Shown: piece by piece, positions 25,381 through 39,011 of the stretch | Numbering within the stretch: the stretch's first letter is position 1 | How the letters are laid out: every line of letters begins with the position of its first letter | NCBI GenBank assembly: GCA_950097015.1 | Contig: CATNEN010000024.1 | Coordinates: 2,294,001-2,358,000, forward strand | Source of the DNA: Macrostomum hystrix | Taxonomy: Eukaryota; Animalia; Platyhelminthes | Direction of reading: 5' to 3' | Length of the DNA: 64,000 bases | Program-made: the position numbers and the translations under genes | The notes under the pieces: generated by a model | Told to the model about the DNA's origin: nothing | The model's database searches: none | Seen by the model: the letters and a program-made list of their open reading frames with translations, nothing else

Positions 25381-25520
25381 GTTCTCCCGCTAATTGTGGT
25401 GTTATACTGCGGTACCATGATTTAGCTGTCCTCCATTCTCGAGTTTCAATCCAATAAAATATTCTGACTTGTAAATCGAATTCAAACTTTCAAAATCCAT
25501 GGAATTCAGGAGTCCAATCC

Positions 25521-28500
25521 TTATCCTGTCGTTGTGGCGTCAGCTGCCGGCGCCAGTCGCGACCTCCGTTGCTCTCGCAGCTGGCGCGCTCGGTCGCGCA
25601 CCGCCATCGGGCGCTGCTGGCCGCCGCCGGAGCTTGAAGCCGACCGGCTAGACGTCAGGCTCTCAAAGTAGCTCTTCAGCTGGCGCACATCCGAGGTCAT
25701 GTCCTGCTTCTCCTGCGGCGTGTAGCTTGTCTGCTCCCCGGCGATGCGACCGTCCAGACGGGACAGACTGGCCTCCGCCTCGGCCAGTCTGCGATGGCGG
25801 CGGAGGTGGTGGTTTGTTTTGCTCATGAGACTGGGATGGTATCTAAACCTACTGAAGGTCTGGGAACGCTGCATCAACCTACTGAAGGTCTGGGAACGCT
25901 GCATCAACCTACTGAAGGTCTGGGAATGCTGCATCAACCTACTGAAGGTCTGGGAATGCTGCATCAACCTACTGAAGGTCTGGGAATGCTGCATCAACCT
26001 ACTAAAAGTCAAGACATGTCAAGACACGACCATCTGAAGGATTTGAAGGATTTTAAAGGATTAAACCATTTGAAGGTCTGAAGATATGGAAGGAACCGGA
26101 ACACTCATCCGTGTTAAGACTGAAGATATCAACGGGCATCAGGGAGGTCAGCGATTCTCACCTGGCCTCGGCTGCCCGGCGTGCCCGCTGCTCCTCGGCC
26201 AGGCTGGCCAACGAGGCCGCCAGCTCGGAGGCCTGACGGCTGAAGGCGGCCCGCTCGAATTCCAGCTGGCTGGCCAGAGCCCGCCTCGCCGCGTCCGCCT
26301 CCTCGTCCACCGTATCAGCGGCTTTGACAGCTTCGTGAGGATCGTCTGCCGCAGCCGCTTCTTTCGTCTCTTCGATTTTTTCAAATTTTTGATCCTCGAC
26401 GGTTTCAGCTGTGGCTGCGGCTGCGGCGGCCGCGGTGGTTGCCCTCACGCTGGCAAGTTCCGCTTCGATTTCGTGCAGCTCCGACTCAATCGACTCCTTC
26501 TCGTGGCGCAGCTGATCGAATTCGGTCAGCAGGCGCTGTGGGATAATTGCACGGCGGTTACACAGTGGCCTCACCTTTAGATGGATTATTGTTACAAATT
26601 TTTACAGTCCAAATTACCGTGGCCTCTTCTTCTTGAGTCTGCCGCTTGATCGACTCATTCTCAAATAGCTCTGCAATGAGATGTTTTCGAAGTATTGGTC
26701 AAATAGCCCCAGTGGCTTCTGGCAAAAGCATGTCAAAACAGTAAAGACGCACTTTTGTACTTTTCGGACAAGCTGATCTTTTCCAAGCCCTGCGACTCCA
26801 GGGTTGTGATCAGCTGCTCCGAGATTTGGAAGTTGCCACTGGTCCTGTACGTCAGCGGGTTTCGTGTGCTTCAGCTTTCAATAGATAAAGATCCCAATCC
26901 AGATTCCAATAGTTAAAGATCCCGATCCAGATTCCAATAGTTAAAGATCCCGATCCATTTTGCAAAAGATAAAGATCCCAATCCAGATTGCTATAATTAA
27001 AAGTCCCAATCCTGATTGCAATCGAAAAGATCCCATCGTTAAGATCTCATGAATCATCTCTCCTTCAGACAACTCAAAAACTGACTAGACTCAAACAAAG
27101 AGCATGCCATTCGCAGGTCAACGGTCGCATGATCAAATGAATCAACTCGATGGTCTCACAGTCGGGCTGCATCGGATAATGCTCGGATCCAGGCCAGTTG
27201 CTGGCTGCGCGATTCGTATGAAATAATTTGCCGCATCTGAAATGATTAGGAAGGCCTGGATTATTTTCATTCTCGCCTCTTCACCTGCCCGTCAAAAACA
27301 GCTACATTTACCTGATTGTTGTTGGCGGTGATCTCAATGCCATGAGCAGTGGTCTGATCATTGTAGGGACTTATCAGGCAGTCACCGAGTGGAATTATTC
27401 CCTAAATGAGAAATTTGTTTGAAACAAAATGAGCCAGGTGTGCAGCCGACAGCACAGTCGCGTCTGAAGGCTGCGTACTGCTGTTCAGTCCATGGACAGG
27501 GTGGGCGCCAGACCTGCACCCACAATTACCCCAGCTGATGCCGGTACTATTTAACATGTAGCTGAAGCAGTGCAGAGTTAAATGTCTTGCTACAGGAAAC
27601 AAACTTTTTCAGTGGAGTTGGAAATCGAATCCCCGACCTTCAAGTCGTGAGGCTAACAACTAACTACTACGACGCTCTAACAACTTGGCTACAGCCCAAA
27701 GTGCACATTTTCCCATTTTCATCTTCCTTCATACCTGTGATTTCACGTTGAAATATGACGACTTTTTTATTCTCGGCGCGTCGTCCTCTTTAAAAATCAC
27801 CAGAAAGCTGTCTTTAACTATGCAGAATCTGAAAATTAAGTATTAAAATTTATTTGTACTACTTTCAGTTAAGTAGTGTGATGCGTCAATAAAATGCGGT
27901 GTAAAATATTTTTAACTATTGACATAGCGATAAATACGTATATATCATAAAAATATAACAAAAATTAAAAACCGAATTTTGCACTTGGTTTTACAAATCG
28001 GATTACTTTTTTAGTAATTAAAGTTTGCTAATTCTGAGAATGACGAATATTTTATCAGAAATCTTTCAATTTCTGAAAACAACACTTTTTTAGCGTTTGC
28101 ACCTTCCGGTCACTGCAGGAATAAGTGAAATTCCTATGGTAGAATCGTGTCCTGTACATTTTTCATGTAGACTTTTGTTAATAGAAATCAGATTGTGCAG
28201 AAATTTAGCTAAAAAGTCACTCAGTTAAACCAGACTGAACAAACCCGAAACGCAAAGCTAGCAATTTGAAAAGCAATGCTTTATAACATATAAGCTCTTA
28301 GCCTATAAGCAGGCTTGAATTACTACAAGTATAAATAGTAATTGTGGGGTGAAGCGAACACAACGCCATGCTATACAGCGATACTCAACATGCAGCTGGT
28401 GGCTTCTGCTGCTGTGCAATGCAGCCAAGATATACTTGGCTAAATAGCTGCTATCTGCAGCTGCCATCATTTGCCTGCGCAGCCTTGCCGAACGGCCGCG

Positions 28501-28927
28501 CGTACAGCGCACAGAATAAATACCAAAACTCAATGCAAGGCACTATAATCAAATGGCATTAATTTATGTGCTTTTATCAGTTAAAATGTTTTAGTCGCCA
28601 GGCGATTAATCGGGAATCTCATATTTAATGTCAACACTAGTAACACAAACTTCGAATTTATCACGATTTACGAGCTATATAAAGAAATTTAAAAGGAATT
28701 CATTCAAATAAGTTTCACATGATCTCATCACAGTATTTAAATCGGTGAAGTCAAATAATCTTAAAATAGTTCTCAATAGACAAATTTGAAAACATTGCGG
28801 AAGTGAATTAGAGACCAAACCTTCTTTGCCATTTCGTTGGGAGATCTCCTCGGAAATTAATAATTCCATGCTGCTGGACTTCCTGATCCAAATTAAACTC
28901 GTAGTCGATACCCCTGCCGAGACTCAT
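25521..28927 (-). CDS. PLEKHD1: PH-domain plus coiled-coil protein; exons 28927-28821, 27828-27735, 27401-27312, 27236-27160, 26844-26753, 26670-26618, 26535-26162, 25788-25521; 384 aa
   Basis: All junctions are GT-AG and in phase. The PH domain reads VQQHGII...KWQRRFCIVKDSFLVIF...YFNVKSQGIIPLGDC...QQLAWIRALSDAAR. It is followed by NFQISEQLITTLESQGL and RLAEAEASLSRLD...DMTSDVRQLKSYFE, matching PLEKHD1 as recalled from memory. Confidence 0.88.
25846..26003. repeat. 30-bp minisatellite x~5 in the last PLEKHD1 intron
   Basis: Unit AACCTACTGAAGGTCTGGGAA(C/T)GCTGCATC. Confidence 0.93.
26884..27000. repeat. Degenerate 28-bp repeat x~4 in a PLEKHD1 intron
   Basis: Unit approximately AAAGATCCCAATCCAGATTCCAATAGTT. 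Confidence 0.8.
27535..27672 (-). mobile_element. tRNA-derived SINE relic in a PLEKHD1 intron
   Basis: Plus strand reads GCCGGTACTATTT...GTTAAATGTCTTGC...GGAAATCGAATCCCCGACCTTC...CTAACTACTAC, the reverse of a degenerate A-box/B-box head plus SINE body. Confidence 0.5.
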
Positions 28928-31487
28928 AGTACCGAAGATTCAACCTAAATGAAGTTAATGCAAAAAATATAATTTTCAAATTTGGAAATTAATAAACAGT
29001 TTTGGTTGTTCAATGTATCACTTTTACAGCAAGAGCATTCTACGGTTAAGTTTTCTGTTGAATTTTAGAGCTCAAAGTTAAGTTTAGGCCTCTCTTCTTT
29101 TTTACCGTCCGTATAAATACACAAATTTGCGTTTCAATTTTAAATAGTTCGACAAGTGCTGAATGAATCACAAAAATATAAATTTGATGCGACGTCACAT
29201 TGCCTGCGTAGATTGTTGAGGATCGAAGCATAGTTGTGTTATAACTTACGTGGACTTGGTACGTAATTAACCTACAAAATAATAATGGAAAGCAAGTAAC
29301 TTTTGCGTACAAGCAGGGCAATTGACAGCTCACTACACAATCGAAAGTATCGGGTACAGCCAAGTCTTGATAGCGAATGAGGATCGGATAAGGAAAATAT
29401 TCGAAAAATTTTCCACTTTAGTTATCGTAAAATGGAATCGTATCGTAAACTTAAATGCTGTTTGATAAAATATATTTATAGCGTAAATTGTAGCTAACAT
29501 TAGTAACAAAAAATATCAAATAAAATTCTTCACTAGAAATTTTGTTTTTTTGCAAGAACAAAAAAGTTGGCCACATTCCAGGAACCTTTCAAGTGGACGA
29601 ATTTTAATTTCGTTTACTTTTCATTTTTTTGATAAGCATATTTAATCTACAGCTCTAATCATTGGCGATGTAATTGTTTTGATTAGAAATTACAATACTT
29701 AGCTGAACTTCGTATTTTTTAAGCATCATAGTATACCGTACATATTTTGTTCCTCCATTTTAAGCACTTATTTACCTTTGCACAGTGGTTTTAAAATCAT
29801 TTTGGTCACAGCTTTTTTATGGCTTTTCTTCTCATTTTTTTTAACTTTATTGTTTTGGGGCACTTTTAATAGCCATAAATTAATAATCCTTACTTACTGA
29901 AATATCCATTTATTGATAAATTTACATTTGTTTTCATTTAAATCTTATCCTACTATACTAGTATTTGGAAGGTCAAACACAGTATTATATTATATGTGCA
30001 TTCAATTTGAACTAGTGTTATAGCAAAAATGTAGTGCCTAAACCTAAGTGGCAAGACATACTTTTTATAATTTGAACACCATGAATTACTCTTTATTTAT
30101 CACATATTTCTGGCTATCCAGTGACCAGACTTCTAGTTGATCAGAGGTGTACCAACCAAACAGAAAACACCTTGTTTTACTTATCTCTAAGACGCATCGA
30201 ATTACTCTATTTCATTTGTAGGCCTATCTGACTGCCTCTTTCTCTTTCATTTAGTGCCTATTGTGTTTTCCAACAATTTTTTTGTTTTCAATTCTTTTTG
30301 TTTCTCCTTTGGCCTACTTTTTGTTAATTGTGTTCCTGAAATGTTGAAAGGGGGTTGTCTGGCTATGGACAGGGTGACCAGTCTAGCCATTAGCCAGACC
30401 AAAACAGACCTGAGCTATTGTATTCTAAATTGGTGCAAGTTTTCTCCAAGACGACATTGGACCCTATTTTATTTGTATTTATAGATACAATAGATGGGCC
30501 ACAAGGGTTGTCTTATGAGTGCCCACTTACTTGCTTTATGCTTGCTTTCAGTAGCTGGCAGTGGGCTTCAAGGTTATTTATTGCCATTGGCCATAAGTAG
30601 CTGGTACTATTTTAAAAGATATACTAAGGAGATATAAATGTATTTGAGCCTTTTGTAGGGCTCAAACTATGACACTATAACACTGGCCTTTTGTGCCTGG
30701 CATTATACTATCAGCAAGCAGTGCTTGCCTTAAGCTAGAATAAAAAACTGTAAGGCACCGAGTTGCAGCTAGAAGAGGGGTGTATTTTGATTTCAGCTTT
30801 GGTTTTTGGCTTTGGATGTTTCACTTTCTTTGAAGTGATCTCAATAGATTGTAACAACTGGTTTATAAAATTCACTTTGGCACCATTCATCATTGTACTA
30901 TATTCTGATGTTACTTTTTGTGAAAATGTTAACTTTATGGAAAAGAGTAGAGGAGAAGAGTGACTAAAAAGTGAGGGAGGAAAGGCAAGTGGGTTTGAGG
31001 AAAGATGGTTATGCAGGGAAGGAAATTGATGGCCGAGAGAGTCATGGGAGGAGAGAGGGTAGAAGATTGTAAGTAGAGAATGGGACAAAAGAGCTGACTA
31101 GGATAAAAGAGACTGGCTATATATTGATAGCACATGATTTGAGACTATTATAATAGTGTGTAGCTTACAAATATAAGTATGCAAATTCTTGACTGCCCCA
31201 AAAAGAATTATAACTCTGTAAGCTGAAGTTTTACAAGCATCACAGTACAGTTGCACTATGTTTTAGCAGAAGTACAGATTTATTACATGTTTGAGACACA
31301 TCCTATAATTTGGTATAGCCTAATAGACACAATAGGTCATGAAAAATAAGTTTAATTTGGACTTAGCCTATGTGCACTGCTAGTGTAGCACAGCCTCCCC
31401 CAAAAAAGAAGATACCTCTTATAATGTCTACTGATTAGGGTAGCACTAGTTAATCTAATTATAGATTCCTAAGGTTTACTCCATGTT

Positions 31488-31690
31488 CATACATGCGCAA
31501 CACCCGGCCAACCTGGCCGAACCAGCTGGGTGAAACGAGGGCCAAGCAAGGTAAGTCGCAAAAACCAATCAACCAAGCGCAAAAATATCAAAGGGGGGAC
31601 CAAGGGACAAAAAAGGAAGGTGTGAAGAAAAGGAAAAAGGGAGAGAAAAAGAGAGCAAATGAGAGCAAACTAAGTTTTTTGGGGAGGCTG
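31488..31690. mobile_element. Second, internally deleted copy of the 7230-7509 MITE, opposite orientation
   Basis: 31488-31675 is a near reverse complement of 7320-7509. One TIR is intact and the other is degenerate. Confidence 0.85.
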
Positions 31691-32732
31691 TCTAGCACTT
31701 GCAGCACATATAGGCTAAGGCCAAATTGTAGCTGTAGGCCTAGTATACAACCAGGTGTACAGTGCGTACAGTACCAAATATTGTACTGTTTACAGTGCTG
31801 TATGATAATAATGTAATAAAAAAATATATATATCAACAGCTATCTAGGTGGATATCAATTAAGATAGAAATAGATCAAAATATTATTCCTGCAATTTGTG
31901 CTACTTACAATCTGGGAAAGTATGCATGAACAGCATTACAAAGTAATATATGTGCAAGAAAATATATTGAATGACAAAATATTCATTGAACTTTAAAGTA
32001 AAAAATGTGCATAATTTTTTTGTTATTCTATATGAATATTGAATAAAACTTCCCTTAATTTTTTTATGAATATTTACTCTACTATATTTGCTATAAAACA
32101 ATTTTATTTTAGTAACAAAAATATTTTTGCACATGTAGGATTTGAGGTTGCACATATATTTTACTTTGCTAAATTATTCTTCACTTTTACTATCTTTACA
32201 AAAACATTAAATTAAAAAATAAATTAGAAATAGAATAAGAAATTAAAAATGCTCTTAAAATAAATCGTAACCTTGTTGTTTCAATTTTCTTTCTAACGTT
32301 TCACACATTTTCATTTAGAGCTATTTAAAACTAGTAAATGGACTAGTAAATTACACTACAAATTTCTAGAAAAAAATATGCAATAAATATGAAAATTTTG
32401 TCAGTTTTTATAATAGGCTTTTAATTTTACTGTTCATGTAAAGACCATGTATCACAAAGTGTATATATTACTACAATAATTTTTTCTTTTTGAAAATTGT
32501 CTCTATGTTATATAGAATCATTGCTGTTTGAATCATACACAATGGAGAGCTGAATTACTGACAAATCTTTGGTAGATTTGATAGATAATTAGTACTATTA
32601 TTTACACTATTAAATGAGTGCTATAGTCATAATTTAACAGATTCATCCGATAGCACATCTGGCAGTCCAAATAAAGCCGCTGTTAGTTCTAACCGTCAGC
32701 TGGTCAATGTTCTTCAGCTCAGTTTCAGCAGC

Positions 32733-35700
32733 ATGAGCGCCGGGCAGGCAGTTGGTCACGACAGCGCTGCAGCCTCCGTGCTGCCCGACAGTCCATTGGC
32801 CTGTGCGTCTAACTACACTGGCCAGGCCATGTTATTGTCGATTGATGCTAACCAGACCGACACCTCTGCTGCAGCTGCATCGGTGGACACAATGAACAAT
32901 AATCTGCATTCTAGCATTGTGAATGACGCCGTTGAAATGTACGCCAGCCTAGCGGACGGTCCGATACTATCAACGGTGGTGGCCTCCATTGAAGGAGAGG
33001 GTCCGGCTGATCCCGGAGGTCTGGCCGAGGCTCAGCTACTCAGCCCTTCCTCGCTGCCCTGCTCATCCTCTGCTTCTGGCCAATCGGCTGGCAGCGCTGG
33101 TGGAAATGGGGCTAATTGTACTATCAGTAATAATAGCCACCATAGTACTGGATTGAGCAACTGTTTAGGAGCGACAGTAGCAGTTTCCAGTGCCGCCGAT
33201 ACAGCTGCTACTGGCGCTAGTGTTCATTCGCAGTCGGGCTCCGATTTTATCAATCAGCAATTGCCTGTTGGCAGATCTTTAGAGAGGTTTGTTTCCGACA
33301 AGAAGTCTGACTACTCTATTGACAGTAGCATTGTAAACATTTGCTTTTTCTTGTTCAGCTCGTTGCGTGATTCCTAGAAGGAGCGTAGAAGTACATCGAT
33401 TAGAAATGGCAACCCGCCCACTTGGGCTAGATTTACAACCAGTGGCTTACAAAGATTGCGTACAGCTGTTCAGTCCGTGGACTGGGGAGCCCGCAACATT
33501 CTCTCGAATTTCTCCCCCCACCTAATGCTTGTACCAATTTCACAGCTGGATGAACTGAAGCGTTAATGTATTCTTGCTCTATGACTGTATGAATTTCGGT
33601 CAGAATTCGGAAAAGCAAAACCCCTGAGCTACAATGCATTCACGCAACTTCATTATTACAGTTCGCTAACTAAACGGCAGCGCCACGACCTCTCCCTGAT
33701 TGGTAGCTGTCCTAGATGTGACAGATTTAAACAGCAGGTGCTTCTAGATCAGAACGGCGAGGTTGTGCCGGGATCTAGCACTCTGCCCGAGTATTTGGCC
33801 GAAGGACTGGACATGATTGTGGTATGTTGGGGATTTTAGATTGAGAGTAGAGGGCTATGGCGGGGGAATTAGATGGCGAGGTAGACGGTTACGGCGAGGA
33901 AATTAGATGACTAGGTAGAGGGCTACGGCGAGGGAATCAGATGGCAAAGTAGACGGCTACGGCGAGGAAATTCGATGGCGAGATTGCGCGGTAAGGCGAG
34001 GGTATCAGATAGCTAAAGAGAGCATGATGCGAAGTTCCATTTAGGTGAGATAAAAGCGAATTTCCATTCCTCAGATCGGCATTAATCCGAGCATCACGTC
34101 TGCCTTTGTGGGGCATCACTATGCCGGCCCGGGCAATCATTTCTGGTCTTGTGTCGGCGAGAGCGGCCTCATACCGCAGCCACTAACTTGCCACGAGGAT
34201 GACAAAATGCTGCAGTTCGGTGTTGGCCTGACTAACGTTTGCACCCGCCCAACTAAGGGCGCCGCTGAACTGACTCGGTAAGCCTTTATGATTGAGACGG
34301 CGAGAGTAGAGACCGGGCGAGAGTTGTTTCGCGGTGGTAAGACAGGGCGAGAGTAAAGACGGCGAGAGTAAAGACTGGTCGAGAGTAGAGACTAAGCGAG
34401 AGTAAATACTGGGCGAGAGTACCGACGGCGAGAGTAAAGACAGGGCGAGACTTGTTTCACGATGGGTGAATGGACAGGGCGAGAGTAGTTTCACGATGGG
34501 TGAATGGACAGGGCGAGAGTAGTTTCACGATGGGTGAATGGACAGGGCGAGAGTAGTTTCACGATGGGTGAATGGACAGGGCGAGAGTAGTTTCACGATG
34601 GGTGAATGGACAGGGCGAGAGTAGTTTCACGATGGGTGATTGGACAGGGCGAGAGTAGTTTCACGATGGGTGAATGGACAGGGCGAGAGTAGTTTGAGAC
34701 TTTAAACTTTTGAGACTTTCAGACTTTTGAGACTTGAGACTGCGAGACCTGTTTCACAAGTTGTAATGACAGGGCGAGATGTTAAGCGTAACCTAATAAC
34801 TTGCATTACAAAATACATAAGCTGATGCTCAATTCATTGCAGAAAAGAGATGAAGGAGGGCGTTGAAAGCCTGCTGGTGAAGTTAAAGCGGTACAAGCCC
34901 AAGATTGCCGTGTTCAATGGCAAAGGTGAGCTTTACGTTTTCTTCGGGTTTAGCGCCACTAATCAGAGTAACCCGTCCTCCGATCGCTGCAAATTGTAAC
35001 CTAGAATATCTGAAATCCCAAATACCAGAATATCTGAAATCCCAAATACCAGAATATCTGAAATCCCAAATACCAGAATATCTGAAATCCCAAATACCAG
35101 AATATCTGTAATCCCAAATACCAGAATATCTGGAATCCCTAATACCAGAATATCTGGAATCCCAAATCCTAGAATATTTGAAATCCCAAATACCAGAGTA
35201 TCTGAGATCCCAAATCCTAGAATATATGAAATCCCAAATACCAGAACATCTAAAATCCCAAATCCTAGAATATATGAAATCTCAAATCCCAGAACATCTA
35301 AAATCTTAAATCCCAGAATATATGAAATCCCAAATCATAGAAAATCTGAAATCCCAAATCATAGAATATCTAAAATCCCAAATCCTAGAATATCTGAAAT
35401 CCAAATCTCAGAACATCTGAAATCCCAAGTCCCAGAATATCTGAAATCCCAAATTCCAGAATATCTGAAATCCAAAAATCCTAAATTCAAGATTTTTAAG
35501 TATTTAAATCTCCTAATTCCAAAACTTTATTTCCAATTTTTTAAATCCCTAAATGTCTTTGAAATCCTAAATCCAAACAGCCTTCAAAACCCTATATGTT
35601 AAGAATCTTTTACCTTTCGAGAATTCTGAGGATTAATCAAACACCAGATCTCCATACTCTATAAAATCCTAAATCATTGAAATCAAAATAATTAAAAATC

Positions 35701-36230
35701 CCATTTCAGAATCGCATTTGGAATTAGGAATCCTATTTTCATATATTTAACCCCATTCTTCTTCACAACCAAACTTGAATCCGCAGGCATCTACGAGGCG
35801 TTCATTGGCAACAAAAACTTCTACATGGGCAAACAGCCGGAGCGCCTGCCGGGCACTGACATCGTAGTGTTTGTCATGCCCTCCTCCAGCGCCCGCTGCG
35901 CCCAGCTGCCCCGAGCCGCTGACAAGCTGCCATTCTATCTGGCGCTGAGGAAGCTGCGCGATCACGTAGTCGGCCTGACCGGGGGTGTTCTCAACGACGC
36001 CGAGGTGGTGTTCACCGACTACACTGAGATGCGCGTCACTCAGCCCGATCCGAAGAGCGTCAGAAAGGCGGAGCGGCGACGAAAGCGAAAGGCTGAAGCT
36101 GCCGCCGCTGCTGGCGATGGGGCACCAACTGCAGCCGAGGCAGGTACTGACACAGCCGCAGCTGCTGCTGCTCCCGCCGCGGCGCCAACTCAGCGCGCAA
36201 CCAAGACGGGCGGCAAATCTAAGTCTAAGG

Positions 36231-36288
<58 letters not shown>

Positions 36289-36898
36289 GCAAGAACTGCA
36301 GCAGCAACAACTGCAACAGCAACAGTTGCAGCAACAACTGCAACAACAACAGCAGCAGCAACAGTTGCAGCAGCAGCAATTGTTACAGCAGCAGCTTCAG
36401 CAGCAGCAGCAGCAGCAGCAGATAATGGGCACTACACTGTTGCGAACAGTGAAGATGGATTCAACCCAGCCCGCCGGTGTGGCTTCAGCGGCTGCGGGCA
36501 CAACTGCCGGTGGCAGCATCGCCCTGGGCGGTCCAGGTGGGGCCCAGTACGCCCTGCTCACTCAGCAGCCGGGCCAGCAGCACTACGAATGGCAGATCTA
36601 CCAGCCAACAGTGTACTACCAGCTCACCACGGACCAGCAGAGCCAGTACTTTAGGTCTCCGTTTATAATGCCAGAGGCTACCACTGATGGCCAGCAGCAG
36701 GTGCAGGCACAGCCACAGCAGCAGCAGCAGGCGCATATGCAGCAGCAGCTACAGCAGCAGCAACAGCAGCAGCAGCTTGGGTTTGCCAATCTACTGTTCC
36801 TTGACTCCTCACAGCTTGCAGCCAGTATGCCTGGCGTAACTCTGGTTTCCTCCGCTGCTGCTGCAGCTGCCGCGACTTCTACTGGACCCCACGATCGT

Positions 36899-36929
<31 letters not shown>

Positions 36930-36964
36930 TTCATCATCAGCAGCTTACTTATACGTCCTTGTGA
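32733..36964 (+). CDS. TDG: G/T mismatch-specific thymine DNA glycosylase with long low-complexity N- and polyQ C-terminal extensions; exons 32733-33286, 33662-33821, 34075-34277, 34843-34925, 35787-36964; ~725 aa
   Basis: Phases are consistent (2, 0, 2, 1). The core reads DRF...TLPEYLAEGLDMIVIGINPSI...GHHYAGPGNHFW...GLTNV...KPKIAVFNGKGIYE...VMPSSSARCAQLPRAADK. The start codon and the exon 2 acceptor (33662 vs 33707) are less certain. Confidence 0.92.
33847..33982. repeat. 34-bp repeat x4, TDG intron 2
   Basis: Unit approximately GTAGAGGGCTACGGCGAGGAAATTAGATGGCGAG. Confidence 0.85.
34297..34695. repeat. ~15-bp degenerate repeat followed by a 34-bp repeat x~7, TDG intron 3
   Basis: Units GGCGAGAGTAAAGAC and GACAGGGCGAGAGTAGTTTCACGATGGGTGAATG. 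Confidence 0.92.
35000..35480. repeat. 24-bp minisatellite x~20, TDG intron 4
   Basis: Unit CCAGAATATCTGAAATCCCAAATA, degenerating toward its 3' end. Confidence 0.92.
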
Positions 36965-38547
36965 AACATTGCAGGTGATTGTCCTTTATAAGGTCCCATT
37001 AATTGGCTGCAGACGTGAGTCAGTGTTTTTATATTGTCAGTCTGCTTGAACTATCTATTAGCCCCTTATTGGGTGATGGTTTTGTTATTAATTGTAATTG
37101 CTGACTGTATTTATCATTTTTCTCATTTGAATCTCTTCACATTGTTTAGTTGTTTTTTATATTGTTTTAGCAGAGAAAATGAATGATTAGTTTAGTCTTA
37201 ACCCAACAGCGATTGCTTGTTAGCAAAATTGAAAACGAGCTATGCTTTTTGTCAAAAAACTACTCATTTTTTATCATTGGTGTTGATCTATATCTTTTGT
37301 ATAGCCGAGTAACAGAGCTCCTCTAGAATTTGGGCTCATATATCTATTATATTTTATACTGTGGTATCTTCTTGTAATTGAATAGCACTAAAGATCCAAA
37401 GCTTTTTGTTCTCATATCTTTAATGTTTGTCGCTACACTTGTGGGCACAATTTTTCTATACACACTTTTGGCGCACACATGCACACTGAAGATGCAAACT
37501 CAGCAGCAGCAGCAGCAGCAGCAATGCCTAGTCATACCGATTGCGGTTTTGTTAGCTTTGTAAATAATGTCTCGCTTCGTTTTTGTGTTTTTAGTTTCAA
37601 AACGCGCTCGACTTAATAGATGATTACACCTGTCTAATTACAAGCTGTTGTTACCTAGCTGGATCTCCTCATATACTTGAAATCGTCCCGCTACCAGCTC
37701 GGCCCTCCCTGTGCGGATGCTGAGGGCCTGGCTTTAGCGGGATCTGCGGCAGCTGACTCGGTCTTTAAACTTGACAATACTAAATGAATGTGTGCGTTTT
37801 TTTCCTTACCTGTCTATTTAAACTGTTCTCAATTGGCGCACAATTGGTTGGTCTGTTCGCTATACATATTCTCCTCATCTCATTAGGCACTGTTGTTTGT
37901 TGTATTTCTATTGTCTGAACAAATTTGTATTTAACGATCTAAATCATGTAAACAAATTTTTGCACACATTTATAACTGTTTTCTAGCTATTTAAGTGTTA
38001 ACATCATTGAGCTTTTACACTTGTAACTAACTGCACAATTTAAGCAATACTTCTACAATCCAATTCGAAATTCTACATCAGCGGCCCCCCTGACCCGTCC
38101 TAAACAGGCATTCGCTTCAGCTTATTAATTATTGTCATTACATCTTCTCTGCGTCTTCAATCTGTCTTACTGTCAATCTGTCCTTGTCATTTTATCGTGT
38201 GTTTATTTATCAGTTTCCGCGTTTTTTATCGTGTAATTATGTAGATTACAATTTACGAACAAATTAAACGTGTGTGTGTGTGTGTGTGTGTGTGTTCTTC
38301 TGTTACACTGCTCTATCTTGCATTGCTTCTATAGTTACTGACCTGAACTGAAGTTCTTACTTTTTTTCAGGTCTCCTCCCTCAACTGATACTAACAATTG
38401 CTCTTTTCTACATTAAAACAAATACAATGATGCAATTGTTCATTTATCATCGTTTTTTTCTGTCTGATATCACACTTCTACTGGAGAGCGATACAAGTCT
38501 CATCTAATTAAGAGGCCTGTCTTTGTTTGGATTTTTTCTTTAATATT

Positions 38548-39011
38548 CTAATGGGGAGAAAGCAACCCGGTCACTCACCCCACACTGGAGAATGGGGAGA
38601 AAGCAACCCGGTCACTCACCCCACACTGGGGAATGGGGAGAAAGCAACCCGGTCACTCACCCCACACTGGGGAATGGGGAGAAAGCAACCCGGTCACTCA
38701 CCCCACACTGGGGAATGGGGAGAAGGCAGTCACACACCCCACACTGGGGAATGGGAAGAAGGCAGTCACACACCCCACACTGGGGAATGGGGAGAAGGCA
38801 GTCACACCCCACACTGGGGAATGGGGAGAAGGCAGTCACACACCCCACACTGGGGAATGGGGAGAAGGCTGTCACACACCCACACTGGGGAATTGGGAGA
38901 AGGCAGTCACACACCCCACACTGGGGAATGGGGAGAAGGCAGTCACACACCCACACTGGGGAATGGGGAGAAGGCAGTCACACACCCCACACTGGGGAAT
39001 TGGGAGAAGGC
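38548..39011. repeat. 36-41-bp G-run minisatellite x~12 between the convergent TDG and AP3S genes
   Basis: Unit approximately CACACTGGGGAATGGGGAGAAGGCAGTCACACACCC. Confidence 0.95.

Noticed and set aside
21484-25418. Long repetitive ORFs (STVSTLHCLYPPLSLP, DPSTPLTSDPTLL, MGQGGLGQMSE, HHPPLHIT)
   Set aside because: They are by-products of the 16-, 39- and 17-bp minisatellites, which are open in several frames at once. The real exons flank them.
35747-36736. Poly-Leu and poly-Ser/Asn ORFs over the TDG last exon
   Set aside because: They are antisense or alternate frames of the CAG/CAA tract.
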